Source: an uncultured Actinomycetes bacterium (GTDB lineage: Bacteria; Actinomycetota; UBA4738; HRBIN12). From it: a DNA stretch of 64,000 nt. The position numbers and the translations under genes are program-made. How positions within the stretch are numbered: position 1 is the first letter of the stretch; each line of letters opens with the position of its first letter. The notes beneath the pieces were generated by a model, which saw only the letters and a list, made by a program, of their open reading frames with translations, ran no database searches and had not been told where the DNA came from. Of the stretch, positions 52,880 through 62,808 are shown piece after piece. Where the stretch lies: assembly GCA_963704885.1 (NCBI GenBank), contig CAVPIB010000001.1, positions 800,001-864,000 on the forward strand, read 5' to 3'.

Positions 52880-53476
52880 TCAAACACGCGAGGCCCTGGG
52901 TCTTGCCCTAGAGGAGAGGCCCAGGACGGCCGCACCGGCGCCTGCCGCGAGCGCGATCCATGGTGCGAGCGCCGGTTTGGTGAACGGCGGAGGGTTCAGG
53001 ATGGCCATCACAGACCCTGCGACGATGATCGATCCGCTCGCTATCGAGACGATCCGCGAGGCGGCGGGGCGGCTGCCTAGGAGCAGCCAGCCGGCGAGGC
53101 CCGCGACCGCCGCGAACGCGGCCACTATGGACCAACGCTGCTCGAACGCCCATGCACCTCCGAACCCCGAGCCTGTGCCGAACCGGGTCCACGGTAGGAG
53201 GGTGGCCAGGGCCGCGACCGCGATCAGCGCCCCGATGCCGGCATCCGCCCGGGAGCGGATCGCCCGCCGGCGCCACGCGGACAGTGGAGCCACGACCGCC
53301 ACGTCTTCGCCCAGGACTTCGGAAAGACATTCGACACCCATCACGCGACCGCGTACCGGCACCGCGCACTCGACGCAGAGCGGCCGTCCGCACACCTCAC
53401 ACGTGGCAGCGGTGGCCCGAGTGGGGTGCGTAGCGCACCGTTCGGCACCCTTGACTGCGCGATCCTCGGTCGGCAT
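52880..53476 (-). CDS. B-box-type zinc finger membrane protein
   Basis: CATHP...ATCEVCGRPLCVEC.......C..C then about 4 TM (LLPW motif); TAAGCT-N6-ATG. Confidence 0.8.
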   Translation of the reverse strand: MPTEDRAVKGAERCATHPTRATAATCEVCGRPLCVECAVPVRGRVMGVECLSEVLGEDVAVVAPLSAWRRRAIRSRADAGIGALIAVAALATLLPWTRFGTGSGFGGAWAFEQRWSIVAAFAAVAGLAGWLLLGSRPAASRIVSIASGSIIVAGSVMAILNPPPFTKPALAPWIALAAGAGAAVLGLSSRARPRASRV

Positions 53477-53533
53477 GTCCGAAGCTTACGCTGACCTCCG
53501 CCGGCGCTCGGACCAGGTGATAGCGTCGGCGTC

Positions 53534-54145
53534 ATGGAGGGACGAGTCGCGGTGTTGGTGTCGGGCTCGGGCACGAATCTGCAGGCGCTCCTAGACCACT
53601 CCGCCATCCGGCCCCACCTGGCGCTCGTGCTGTCCGATCGGCCGAACGTCAAGGCCCTCGATCGCGCCGAGCAGGCGGGGATCGAGGCCACCGTGATCGA
53701 ACCGGAACGATCCGCCGACCGGGCGGACTTCGACAGAGCGGTCCTCGAGTTCCTCAAGGATCGAGGGATCGACATCTTGGTGAGCGCGGGTTACATGCGC
53801 TTGCTGGGTGCGCCCGTTCTCGACGCCTACGGAGGTCGCTGGCTCAACGTCCACCCTGCCCTCCTGCCGTCGTTCCCGGGGATGCACGGTGTGCGGGACG
53901 CCTTGGCGTATGGCGTGAAGGTCACCGGCGTCACGGTCTTCCTGGTGGACGAGGGGGTGGACACGGGGCCGATCGTTGCGCAGGAGATGGTGGAGGTCAT
54001 GCCCGACGACGACTGGGACTCGCTCGAGGTACGCATCCACGCGGCCGAGCATCGGTTGCTCCCGGCCGCCCTCCTCGCCCTGATCGAAGGCAGGCTGAAG
54101 GTGGACGGCCGGCACGTCCTCGTCCGGGGGTCGAGCGATGGCTGA
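53534..54145 (+). CDS. purN: Phosphoribosylglycinamide formyltransferase
   Basis: LVSGSGTNLQA, AGYMR, NVHPALLP.FPG, DEGVDTGPI. Confidence 0.96.
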   Translation: MEGRVAVLVSGSGTNLQALLDHSAIRPHLALVLSDRPNVKALDRAEQAGIEATVIEPERSADRADFDRAVLEFLKDRGIDILVSAGYMRLLGAPVLDAYGGRWLNVHPALLPSFPGMHGVRDALAYGVKVTGVTVFLVDEGVDTGPIVAQEMVEVMPDDDWDSLEVRIHAAEHRLLPAALLALIEGRLKVDGRHVLVRGSSDG

Positions 54146-55679
54146 AGTTCATCAGGTCCGCCACGTTCTGCTGGCCGTCTACGACAAGACCGGCGTGGTC
54201 GAGCTGGCCCGGGGGCTGGTTGAGCTGGGCGCGACGCTCGTGTCGTCGGGCGGAACCGCGAACACGCTGCGCGAAGCCGGCCTGCCGGTCACGCCCGTCG
54301 AGGACGTGACTGGCTTCCCCGAGATGTTGGGTGGCCGCGTGAAGACGCTGCATCCAAAGATCCATGGCGGCCTGCTGGCCGACCAACGGAAGCAGGAGCA
54401 CGTCGATCAGCTGGCCGAGCACGGGATCGAGGCATTCGACCTGTTGGTTTCCAACCTCTACCCGTTCCGCGAGACGGTGGCGAGCGGTGCCGGGTTCGAC
54501 GACGTGATCGAGAGGATCGACATCGGCGGGCCGGCCATGGTGCGCGCGGCCGCGAAGAACTTCGCCTCCGTCGGCGTGGTGGTGGATCCAGCGCGCTACG
54601 AGGGGTTGTTGGATGAGCTACGGCGTGAGGGCGGACTCACGCTCGATACCCGCCGTCAGCTGGCCACTGCTGCCTTCGCGCACACGGCCGCATACGACGC
54701 TGCTATAGCGAGCTGGTTCGCTCTCCAGGACCCTGGCGACGGCCTGCCCTCGTTCCTGGGTCTGGCGTTCACGAAGACGGACGAGCTTCGTTACGGCGAG
54801 AACCCTCACCAGCGCGGAGCGATCTACACGGAAGCCGGCGGGCCCGGCACGCTTGGCGGAGCGCGTGTACTTCAGGGCAAGGAGATGTCGTTCAACAACT
54901 GGCTGGACGTCGACGCGGCGTATTCGCTCGTGGCGGAGCTCGCTCCCAACGCGGTGGTGATCGTGAAGCACAACAACCCGTGCGGCGCGGCGCTCGGCGA
55001 TACGTGTGCCAAGGCATACGAGGCGGCCTTCGCATGCGACACCGTCTCGGCGTTCGGGGGGATCGTGGCCTTCCACGGGACCTGCGACGGAGCAGCGGCC
55101 GCGGCCATGGCCGATGTGTTCACCGAGGTCGTGGTGGCGCCATCGTTCACGCCCGACGCGCTCGCCGCGTTCGGACAGCGTCAGAACCTCCGGGTGGTGG
55201 AGGCGCCTTTGCCCACCGGCGCCGCCCTCGACGTGCGCCCGATCCCAGGGGGGGCGCTGGTCCAGGACCGGGATCTTGTCGTAGAGACGGCCGCGGAGTG
55301 GAAGGTCGTGTCGTCCCGGGAGCCGAGCCCCCAGGAATGGCGCGACCTGGCGTTCGCGTGGACGGTGGCGTGGCGGGTGAAGTCGAACGCTATCGTCCTG
55401 GCCAGAGACGGCGCCACCGTCGGCATCGGCGCCGGCCAGATGTCGCGTGTGGATGCGGCGTGGATAGCGACCCGCAAGGCCGGCGAACGCGCGACGGGAG
55501 CCGTGATGGCGAGCGATGCGTTCTTCCCGTTCCCCGATGCGTTGGAGGTCGCGGGGGACGCGGGAGTGACCGCCGCCGCCCACCCGGGGGGCTCCAAAGG
55601 CGACGAGGCCGTGCTGGCCTCCGCCGAGGCTCGGGGGATGGCGATCGTGCTTACGGGCCGCCGCCACTTCCGGCATTGA
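54138..55679 (+). CDS. purH: Bifunctional AICAR formyltransferase/IMP cyclohydrolase
   Basis: GGRVKTLHP, IDIGGP, LRYGENPHQ, KHNNPCG, GAGQMSRV, ASDAFFPF, RHFRH. Confidence 0.97.
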   Translation: MAEVHQVRHVLLAVYDKTGVVELARGLVELGATLVSSGGTANTLREAGLPVTPVEDVTGFPEMLGGRVKTLHPKIHGGLLADQRKQEHVDQLAEHGIEAFDLLVSNLYPFRETVASGAGFDDVIERIDIGGPAMVRAAAKNFASVGVVVDPARYEGLLDELRREGGLTLDTRRQLATAAFAHTAAYDAAIASWFALQDPGDGLPSFLGLAFTKTDELRYGENPHQRGAIYTEAGGPGTLGGARVLQGKEMSFNNWLDVDAAYSLVAELAPNAVVIVKHNNPCGAALGDTCAKAYEAAFACDTVSAFGGIVAFHGTCDGAAAAAMADVFTEVVVAPSFTPDALAAFGQRQNLRVVEAPLPTGAALDVRPIPGGALVQDRDLVVETAAEWKVVSSREPSPQEWRDLAFAWTVAWRVKSNAIVLARDGATVGIGAGQMSRVDAAWIATRKAGERATGAVMASDAFFPFPDALEVAGDAGVTAAAHPGGSKGDEAVLASAEARGMAIVLTGRRHFRH

Positions 55680-55707
55680 TCCTGCCTCGCAGGTAGGATT
55701 CCGGCTC

Positions 55708-56574
55708 GTGACGGCTCGCATCCTGGACGGGAAGGCGATCGCCGGCCAGATCCGCAGCGAGGTCGCCGATCGGGTACGCGCGCTCGCTGAGCGCGGCGTG
55801 ACCCCGGGCCTGGCCGCCGTCCTGGTGGGCGACGACCAAGCCTCTCGGATCTACGTCGGTGCCAAGCACAAGGCCTCAGCGGACGTCGGCATCCGTTCCG
55901 AGCAGATCGACATGCCGGCCTACGTGACCGAGGGCGAGCTACACGCCACCATCCGGCGCCTGAACCGCGACCCGGAGATCCACGGGATCATCCTGCAGCT
56001 GCCCATGCCGCGGCACATCCGCGAGCTGGAGGTGCAACAGACCATGGAACCGTCGAAGGACGTCGACGGTCTGCACCCGTGGAACGTGGGCATGATGGTT
56101 CGCGGCGAGCCGACGTTCCGGCCGGCGACCCCTTACGGCATCGTGGAGTTGCTCCTGCGCTCCGGGATCGATCTGCAGGGGGCCGAGGTGGTCGTGGTCG
56201 GGTACGGCGAGCTGGTGGGAGCCCCTCTCTCCATCATGTTGGCGCAGGACTCGATCCGGGGGAACTCCACGGTGACCTGCTGCCATGTCAAGACGCAGAA
56301 CCTGGCAGATCACACGCGCGCGGCCGACATCCTGGTCGCCGCCGCGGGCGTTCCCGAGATGATCACCGGCGACATGATCAAGCCGGGCGCCACCGTGATC
56401 GACGTAGGCGTCCATCGGACCGAGAGAGGCCTGGTCGGCGACGTGCACTTCGAGCAGGCGTTGGAGGTCGCCGGAGCTATCACCCCCGTGCCCGGCGGCG
56501 TGGGTCCCATGACCGTCTCGATGCTGTTGGTGAACACCGTCGCCGCCGCTGAGGCGCAGGCGTTCGGCAGGTGA
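55708..56574 (+). CDS. folD: Bifunctional methylene-THF dehydrogenase/cyclohydrolase
   Basis: LDGK, PGLAAVLVG, KDVDGLHP, IDVG, ITPVPGGVGPMT. Confidence 0.95.
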   Translation: MTARILDGKAIAGQIRSEVADRVRALAERGVTPGLAAVLVGDDQASRIYVGAKHKASADVGIRSEQIDMPAYVTEGELHATIRRLNRDPEIHGIILQLPMPRHIRELEVQQTMEPSKDVDGLHPWNVGMMVRGEPTFRPATPYGIVELLLRSGIDLQGAEVVVVGYGELVGAPLSIMLAQDSIRGNSTVTCCHVKTQNLADHTRAADILVAAAGVPEMITGDMIKPGATVIDVGVHRTERGLVGDVHFEQALEVAGAITPVPGGVGPMTVSMLLVNTVAAAEAQAFGR

Positions 56575-57488
56575 CCGCCGGGGGTCGGTTGGCTGGCCAC
56601 TTGGCCGCCGGGAAGTTCTGCGTCAGCGGCGAGGTCGTCCCTCCTCGATCTGGGAACGGCGCCGACATCACGCGACACGCCCGCGCGCTCGTGGGATACG
56701 TCGACGCCGCGAACGTTACCGACAACCCACTCGCCAGCGCGCACATGTCGCCTTTGGCCGGCGTGCGGTTCGTGTCCGATGCGGGAGTTGAGCCCACGGT
56801 CCAGCTGGTCTGTCGCGATCGGAACCGTCTGGGGATCACCGCGGATCTCCTGGGGGCGTGGGCCCTCGGTGCGCGCAACGTGCTGTGCCTGACCGGCGAT
56901 CCGCTCGAGATCGGTGACGACGCGGAAGCGCGAGCCGTGGACGACCTGACGGTCACAGACCTCGTTGGGCTCGCGCGCCGGATGCGCGAGGAGGGGACCA
57001 CGCTCTCGGGTTCCGAGATCGCGGATCCACCGAAGTACCTGATCGGCGTGGCCGACGTGCCCCTCGCTGATCCATACGACCCCGCCCGGCTCGAGGTGAA
57101 GCTCGATGCAGGGGCCGATCTGGTGATGACGCAGATCGTCTACGACGTAGAGGCTCTCGCACTCTGGGCCGATCAGATGCGTGCGCGAGGCATCTTCGAG
57201 CGAGCGAAGGTGATGGTGGGTCTGGTGCCGCTCCGTAGTGCCAAGGCAGCCACCTTCATGCATGAACATCTGCCTGGGGTGCGCGTTCCGACCTGGATGA
57301 TCGAGTCGCTCGACCGGGCGGGCGACGATGCCCCGGAGGTGGGTCTGGGCCTAACGATCGACGTGGTGCAAGGCATCCGCGGCATCGCCGATCTCTCAGG
57401 TGTTCACTTGATGGGGATGGGTCACGACGACGTCGTCGCTCGGGTCGTCGAAGGCGCCGGTCTCTTCCCGCGTCCCGTGCCCAGCTAG
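56571..57488 (+). CDS. metF: Methylenetetrahydrofolate reductase
   Basis: NVTDNP, CRDRNR, NVLCLTGD, K.DAGA..MTQ..YD, GVHLM. Confidence 0.88.
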   Translation: MTAGGRLAGHLAAGKFCVSGEVVPPRSGNGADITRHARALVGYVDAANVTDNPLASAHMSPLAGVRFVSDAGVEPTVQLVCRDRNRLGITADLLGAWALGARNVLCLTGDPLEIGDDAEARAVDDLTVTDLVGLARRMREEGTTLSGSEIADPPKYLIGVADVPLADPYDPARLEVKLDAGADLVMTQIVYDVEALALWADQMRARGIFERAKVMVGLVPLRSAKAATFMHEHLPGVRVPTWMIESLDRAGDDAPEVGLGLTIDVVQGIRGIADLSGVHLMGMGHDDVVARVVEGAGLFPRPVPS

Positions 57489-57499
57489 TCTGAGCGAGA

Positions 57500-58615
57500 C
57501 TAGCGGTCCTCGATGGGGGTGTACGTGCGATCGCGAGGACCGACGTAGTTCGACCCGGGCCGGATGACCTTGTTGTCGGCGTACTGCTCGCGGACGTGTG
57601 CCGTCCACCCCGCCATCCGCGCGGCCGCGAAGATCGGGGTCATCAGGTCCGTCGGGATGCCAAGCGTGTGGTACACGCTCGCCGCATAGAAGTCGACGTT
57701 CGGGCTGAGAGACTTCTGCGCCATGACGGCCTTCTCGATCGCCGCGGAGATCTCGAACCACCTCGTGTCTCCGGCTCGTTCACCGACCTCTTGAGACAAC
57801 CGCTTCAGCACGCGGGCTCGAGGATCCATCGTGGTGTAGACGGCGTGGCCGAACCCCATGACCTTCTCGTGCCGCTCGAGCAGATCGTGGACGTGCGCAT
57901 CGGCCGCCTCGGGCTTGCCGACCTGCTCCAGCATCTTCATGGCTCCCTCGTTCGCGCCGCCGTGGAGCGGGCCCTTGAGTGCGGCGATCGCTCCGGTGAT
58001 GGCGCTGAACATGTCGGCCAAGGTTGACGCGATGATCCGCGCCGTGAACGTGGACGCGTTCATGGTGTGGTCCGCGTACAGCACGAACGTGGTGTCGAGT
58101 GCGTCTGCGTCGTCATCGTCGGGCTCTTCACCCGAGAGCATCCACAGGAAGTTGGCGGTGTGTCCGAGCTTCGGGTTCGGAGCGATAGGCTCCTTGCCGA
58201 TACGCAGTCTGTGGTAGTGCGCGATCAACGTCGGGGCTTTGGCGATCAGCCGAAGCGCCTTGCGGTACTGAGCCTCCGCTGAGTCGTCCCAGCCGTCGGG
58301 GTCGAACGCGGAGGCGGCCGACACGCTCGTTCGGAGCATGGACATGGGCGACGTCTGCTGTGCCAACTCCGACATCAGCCTGGCCAGGAACGGAGAGAGC
58401 GCGCGCGCGTCGACCAGGAAGCCGTTGACCTCGTCGAGCTCTTCGCGAGTGGGGAGGTCGAGGTGATGGAGCAGGTACACGACCTCTTCATAGCTGGCGT
58501 TGATCGCCAGATCTTCGATGTCGTAACCGACGTACCACAACCGACCGAGGTCGCCATCGATATCGGAGATGTTGGTGTCGGCGGCGACGACCTCGCGGAG
58601 TCCCTTCTCTGTCAC
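57500..58615 (-). CDS. gltA: Citrate synthase
   Basis: KGLREVV, ADH.MNASTF, GPLHGGANE, MGFGHAVY..DPR, PNVDFY, R.AGW. Confidence 0.93.
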   Translation of the reverse strand: MTEKGLREVVAADTNISDIDGDLGRLWYVGYDIEDLAINASYEEVVYLLHHLDLPTREELDEVNGFLVDARALSPFLARLMSELAQQTSPMSMLRTSVSAASAFDPDGWDDSAEAQYRKALRLIAKAPTLIAHYHRLRIGKEPIAPNPKLGHTANFLWMLSGEEPDDDDADALDTTFVLYADHTMNASTFTARIIASTLADMFSAITGAIAALKGPLHGGANEGAMKMLEQVGKPEAADAHVHDLLERHEKVMGFGHAVYTTMDPRARVLKRLSQEVGERAGDTRWFEISAAIEKAVMAQKSLSPNVDFYAASVYHTLGIPTDLMTPIFAAARMAGWTAHVREQYADNKVIRPGSNYVGPRDRTYTPIEDR

Positions 58616-58668
58616 GTCTGCCAGGATAGACGCCCGCGGCCGGAGGCGGCCCCGAGAGAGGTGGACGT

Positions 58669-59739
58669 GTGCCGCATCGCATCACGTTGATCCCCGGCGA
58701 CGGGATCGGGCCCGAGGTGATCGAGGCGGCGCGGCGGTCGGTGGAGGCCACCGGCGTGGATGTCGAGTGGGATCTCCAGGAGATGGGTGCAGGCGCGTTC
58801 GCGCGAACGGGTGATCCGCTGCCGCGCGCCACGCTCGATTCGATCCGCGACACCGGCGTGGCTCTGAAGGGCCCGGTCGAGACGCCGATCACGAGCGGTG
58901 TACGCAGCGTGAACCTGGCGCTCCGCCGCGAGCTGGACCTCTATGCGTGCCTGCGACCTTGCCGGCTGTACCCGGGTATTCCCAGCCTCTACGACCGGGT
59001 CGACCTGATCGTGGTCAGGGAGAACACGGAGGACATGTACACCGGGATCGAGTTCGAGATGGGAACCGCCGCCACGCACGAGCTGATCCGGTTCGTGGGG
59101 GACCGGTCGGAGCGTCCGATGCGCGAGGACACGGGGATCGGCGTGAAGACGATCTCGGAGTTCGGCAGCGAGCGGATCGTGCGCTTCGCCTTCGAGCTGG
59201 CCGTGGAGCAGGGGCGGCGACTCGTCACAGCCGGCCACAAGGCGAACATCATGAAGTTCACCGACGGCCTGTTCCTGAACGTCGCGCGCCGCCTGGCGGG
59301 GGAGTTCTCCCAGGTGGCGTTCGAGGAACGGATCATCGACGCCCTGTGCATGCAGTTGGTCCAGTCACCGGAACGGTTCGACGTGCTGGTGCTGCCGAAC
59401 TTCTACGGCGACGTGGTGAGCGACGTGGCTGCGGGTCTGATCGGAGGTCTCGGCGTTGCGCCGGGGGCTCACCTGGGCGACTCGATGGCTGTCTTCGAAG
59501 CGACGCACGGGACCGCGCCGCACCTGGCGGGAACGAACCGAGCCGATCCGGTAGGGGTGATGCTTTCGGCGGGGATGATGTTGCGTCACATCGACGAACC
59601 GGAAGCCGGCGCCCGGCTGGACGCCGCGATCGCCTCGGTGCTCGCCGAAGGCGAGCACCTGACCGCGGACCTGCGCTGGGACGACCGCCCGGCCGCTTCC
59701 ACGATCCAGGTCGCCGACGCGGTCATCGCCGCGTTGTAG
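58669..59739 (+). CDS. icd: Isocitrate/isopropylmalate dehydrogenase family, IDH-like paralog 1
   Basis: IPGDGIGPEV, SVN.ALR, RENTEDMY, HKANIM, YGDVVSD, FEATHGTAP. Confidence 0.85.
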   Translation: MPHRITLIPGDGIGPEVIEAARRSVEATGVDVEWDLQEMGAGAFARTGDPLPRATLDSIRDTGVALKGPVETPITSGVRSVNLALRRELDLYACLRPCRLYPGIPSLYDRVDLIVVRENTEDMYTGIEFEMGTAATHELIRFVGDRSERPMREDTGIGVKTISEFGSERIVRFAFELAVEQGRRLVTAGHKANIMKFTDGLFLNVARRLAGEFSQVAFEERIIDALCMQLVQSPERFDVLVLPNFYGDVVSDVAAGLIGGLGVAPGAHLGDSMAVFEATHGTAPHLAGTNRADPVGVMLSAGMMLRHIDEPEAGARLDAAIASVLAEGEHLTADLRWDDRPAASTIQVADAVIAAL

Positions 59740-59752
59740 GTTCGGAGCCTGG

Positions 59753-60831
59753 TCAAGACCGGCAGGGCCCGACCGAGGTGACCAGGGCGGCGTGCTCGAC
59801 CGTCGGCACGTTGAACGTCGAGCTGTTGTCGGCGCACCAGGTCCGCGACGTGAACAAGTAGTCGGTCCGCAACAGCAGCGCCATCCAGATCGGTCCCAGG
59901 ACCGTTCGATCGGCATCGGTCCCAGAGCGCATGGCGTCGCGGAAGTTCAGATCGAGTGTCCGGTACTCGGTGGAGCGATCGCTGATGCCGAATCCGCCGG
60001 CAAGGACCACGGGGAGCGACTCCGCGAGCGCGGCCGCCTGGAGACGTTCCAGGTTCAACGGGTCCTCCATGGCGCCCTGGAGAGCGTCATCGGAGTGCAC
60101 CGCGTACAAGATGAAAGAGCCATCCGGCCGATCGACCTGGACGCGCACCACTAGACCGCGCGGCAGGGACTTGGGCAGCGGGAGCGGATCCACTTGGAAG
60201 TCGGATACAACCACGACGCGGCCGTCGACCAAGACCGACCCGAAAGCGTCGGAACCCGCGATCGCGGCCCGGTCCTTCTTCGCCGGCACGACCAACACGG
60301 CCACGTCGGCGTGTGCCTTGCGCAGCGCAGCGACGATCGCTTCGATCTTCGGGCGCGTCGCCGGGCAGGCTGATGGTGGCCACCCGGACCGTGTCGCTCG
60401 CCGGCCGACCGAGCTGCGCGGTCTTGGGTCCCATCACGGTCACCCAGCCGAAGACGGCGACCGATGCGACGACGAGGAGCGTGGTCAGCTTCTTCTCGTC
60501 TGCGGCGGCGATCAGCAAGCCCACGATCGCGGCGGCTACCAGGATGGGGAGCGCGAGCGCGACCATCTGCATGGCGGGGCCAAGATCGCGGACCAGGAAC
60601 CACGTCCAGGGAAGGGCCGCACCCACGACCGACCATCGCAGGTCTCTGAACAGCTTGCGCAGGCCGCCCAGGCGGTGAGGGCGGGGCTGGTGCGACTCCT
60701 TCGGAGGCAAGGTCACGCCGGGTCGTCTTCGTTCGATCGGCAGTCCCGGAGCACGCGCTTCGGGGTCTGACCGTGCGCTCGGCTCCGGCGGGCACCCAGG
60801 TCTCGGGCTTGGTGGTGGGCGGAGTGGCCAT
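59753..60831 (-). pseudogene. Membrane-anchored endonuclease/exonuclease/phosphatase (EEP)-like protein with one or two apparent +1 frameshifts
   Basis: TM region in the frame of ORF 60087..61571 (GTG 60716) joins ORF 59753..60304 (PVVLAGGF, RTDY, EHAAL) at GGG 60351-53; possible true start ATG 60831 via GGGG 60762-65. Confidence 0.6.
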
Positions 60832-60953
60832 CTCCTTTGTATCGGCATCTGAGGTGCCTCTGGCGCACCCATCGAGGGCCAGAAGACACAGGTTTCCGCC
60901 AGCGACGTCTGGGTAGCATGAGGCGACATCGATCCTGAGGAGCCTGAAGAGCC

Positions 60954-61880
60954 ATGAAGGTCACGATCGTCGGGAGTGGGTTCGTCGGACAGACGACGGC
61001 CATGCGGGTGCTTCAGGGGGGTCTGGCAGACCAGGTCGTCCTGACCGACATCGTCGAGGATCTGCCGCAAGGCATCGCCCTCGACATGAAGGAATCGGCC
61101 CCTGTCGAGCGATTCGAGCCGAACATAGTGGGCACGAACGACTACGCGGACACGGTCGGCTCCGACGTGGTGGTTATCACGGCCGGGTTCCCCCGCCAGC
61201 CGGGGATGAGTCGCATGGACCTGCTCGGCAAGAACGCGGGCATCATGCGCGACGTGATCGGCCGGATCGCTCCCGGTTCGCCGGACGCGATCGTCATCGT
61301 GGTGACGAACCCGCTCGACGAGATGACCTATCTGGCCGCGGAGGCGAGCGGGTTCAAGAAGGAGCGTGTGATGGGAATGGCGGGCGTGCTGGACTCGGCA
61401 CGACTGCGCTTCTTCATCGCGGAAGAGCTTGGTGTGTCTCCGCTCGTGGTCGAAGCCATGACGCTCGGCTCGCACGGCGACGCCATGGTGGCGCTCCCGC
61501 GTCACGCCACGGTCGACGGGAGGCCGCTGCCGGGTCTGGTGGACCGCGAGACGCTCGACCGTCTGTTCCAACGGACCCGCGACGGCGGAGCCGAGATCGT
61601 GGCGCTGCTCAAGAAGGGGAGTGCCTACTACGCGCCCAGTGCGTCTATCGCTCAGATGGTGGGCGCGATCGCCGGCGACACCGGCCAGGTGCTGCCTGTG
61701 TGCGCGTGGGTCACCGGCCAGTACGGGATCAGCGACGTCTACGTGGGCGTACCCGCGAAACTCGGACGAGGCGGCGTGGAGCAGATCGTGGAGCTGGACC
61801 TGAACGAAGACGAGACCTCAGCCCTGCGAGCGGCGGCGGAGGGCATCCGCGAGAAATGCGCCGACCTGGCGAACATCTGA
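60954..61880 (+). CDS. mdh: Malate dehydrogenase (LDH-like)
   Basis: VGSGFVG, TAGFPRQPGMSRMDLL..N, VVTNPLD, GVLDSAR, LGSHGD, GSAYYAP. Confidence 0.95.
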   Translation: MKVTIVGSGFVGQTTAMRVLQGGLADQVVLTDIVEDLPQGIALDMKESAPVERFEPNIVGTNDYADTVGSDVVVITAGFPRQPGMSRMDLLGKNAGIMRDVIGRIAPGSPDAIVIVVTNPLDEMTYLAAEASGFKKERVMGMAGVLDSARLRFFIAEELGVSPLVVEAMTLGSHGDAMVALPRHATVDGRPLPGLVDRETLDRLFQRTRDGGAEIVALLKKGSAYYAPSASIAQMVGAIAGDTGQVLPVCAWVTGQYGISDVYVGVPAKLGRGGVEQIVELDLNEDETSALRAAAEGIREKCADLANI

Positions 61881-61893
61881 GTCTCACGGACGT

Positions 61894-62499
61894 CTAGGCC
61901 TGAGGCGGGGGCTCCGCCGGTCGCTCGGAGGACGTGTCCGGATCGATCGCGTCACCTGCTGTTCGCTTCCGACGCACCCACGCCAGGTCGAGGAGACCGC
62001 CGGCGACCGCGAGCACGGCGCCGGCGACGGATGTCCACAACCCGGGTTGCGCTTCCACCTGGATGCCGGCCGTGTCCATCACCTGCAAGACCTGGCGGCG
62101 GGCTTCCTCGCTCGCGATCCCGAGCTGATCGACCACGGTCTTCACCAAGGCATCGACGCCTGCGTCGGCCACGACAGACCCGACCGCGGCCAAGGACCAC
62201 ACGGCAAGGACGAGCGCCACTGACGAGCTGGCGATGATCGCCAGGGCGATCGTGCGCCGCCGCTCCGGTCGGACGAACCGCAGGGCCAAGATGCCGGCGA
62301 TGATGACCAGACCCAGGATCGCCGTCACCTTCCCTTGCCACAGGTCGATGCCCTTCGTTGGAACCGCGTTCAAGACGCTGTCGCCCAGGGTTACCGTCGC
62401 CCAGTCGCCGATCGAGCCGAACGTGACCAGGGCGCCGCCGAGGACGGTCAACAGGAACCCCCACAGGCGTAGCGGGCTCGGCTTCACCACGGCGAGCAT
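61894..62499 (-). CDS. Hypothetical membrane protein (about 4 TM)
   Basis: GS..DW, KGID.WQG, GLW..V.G pattern; four hydrophobic segments; start uncertain. Confidence 0.72.
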   Translation of the reverse strand: MLAVVKPSPLRLWGFLLTVLGGALVTFGSIGDWATVTLGDSVLNAVPTKGIDLWQGKVTAILGLVIIAGILALRFVRPERRRTIALAIIASSSVALVLAVWSLAAVGSVVADAGVDALVKTVVDQLGIASEEARRQVLQVMDTAGIQVEAQPGLWTSVAGAVLAVAGGLLDLAWVRRKRTAGDAIDPDTSSERPAEPPPQA

Positions 62500-62573
62500 C
62501 GGGCGAGTCTGGCATTCCTCGAGGTCGTGGAGAAGCACATCCGGTGGAAGCGGACGCGGCGTAGCATGACGAG

Positions 62574-62747
62574 GTGAGCGATGGACTCTGGGCGCAGGTC
62601 AGGGAGCACGGCAGGAACTTCTTCACGAACTGGAGCGCCTACGATGCGTCGGCTTGGACCAAGCTCCGGCTGACGTTCCGCAATCGCTCGAAGGCGTTGT
62701 TCTCTCGGCAACAGTGTTGCGGGAACCACGGTCAACCCGGCTGTTGA
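62574..62747 (+). CDS. 57-aa microprotein with C-terminal CCGNHGQPGC (not in the ORF track)
   Basis: TAGCAT-N6-GTG; MSDGLWAQVREHGRNFFTNWSAYDASAWTKLRLTFRNRSKALFSRQQCCGNHGQPGC*; hairpin follows. Confidence 0.75.
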   Translation: MSDGLWAQVREHGRNFFTNWSAYDASAWTKLRLTFRNRSKALFSRQQCCGNHGQPGC

Positions 62748-62750
62748 CGG

Positions 62751-62784
62751 CTCCCCGAGGATCCCGGTCGGGGTCCCGAGGGAG
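62751..62784. terminator. Hairpin between the convergent microprotein gene and icd paralog 2
   Basis: CTCCC-CGA-GGATCCC-GGTC-GGGGTCC-CGA-GGGAG. Confidence 0.5.
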
Positions 62785-62808
62785 AGCACCGCCACCCGCA
62801 CTAACGTC

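Noticed and set aside
53477-54145. ZTP (pfl) riboswitch before purN/purH
   Set aside because: purN looks leaderless and overlaps purH; no room or motif.
62708-62748. Second copy of the GTCAAC...GTTGAC palindrome
   Set aside because: Spacing differs and it lies in the codons for GQPGC* of the 57-aa microprotein; likely coincidental.
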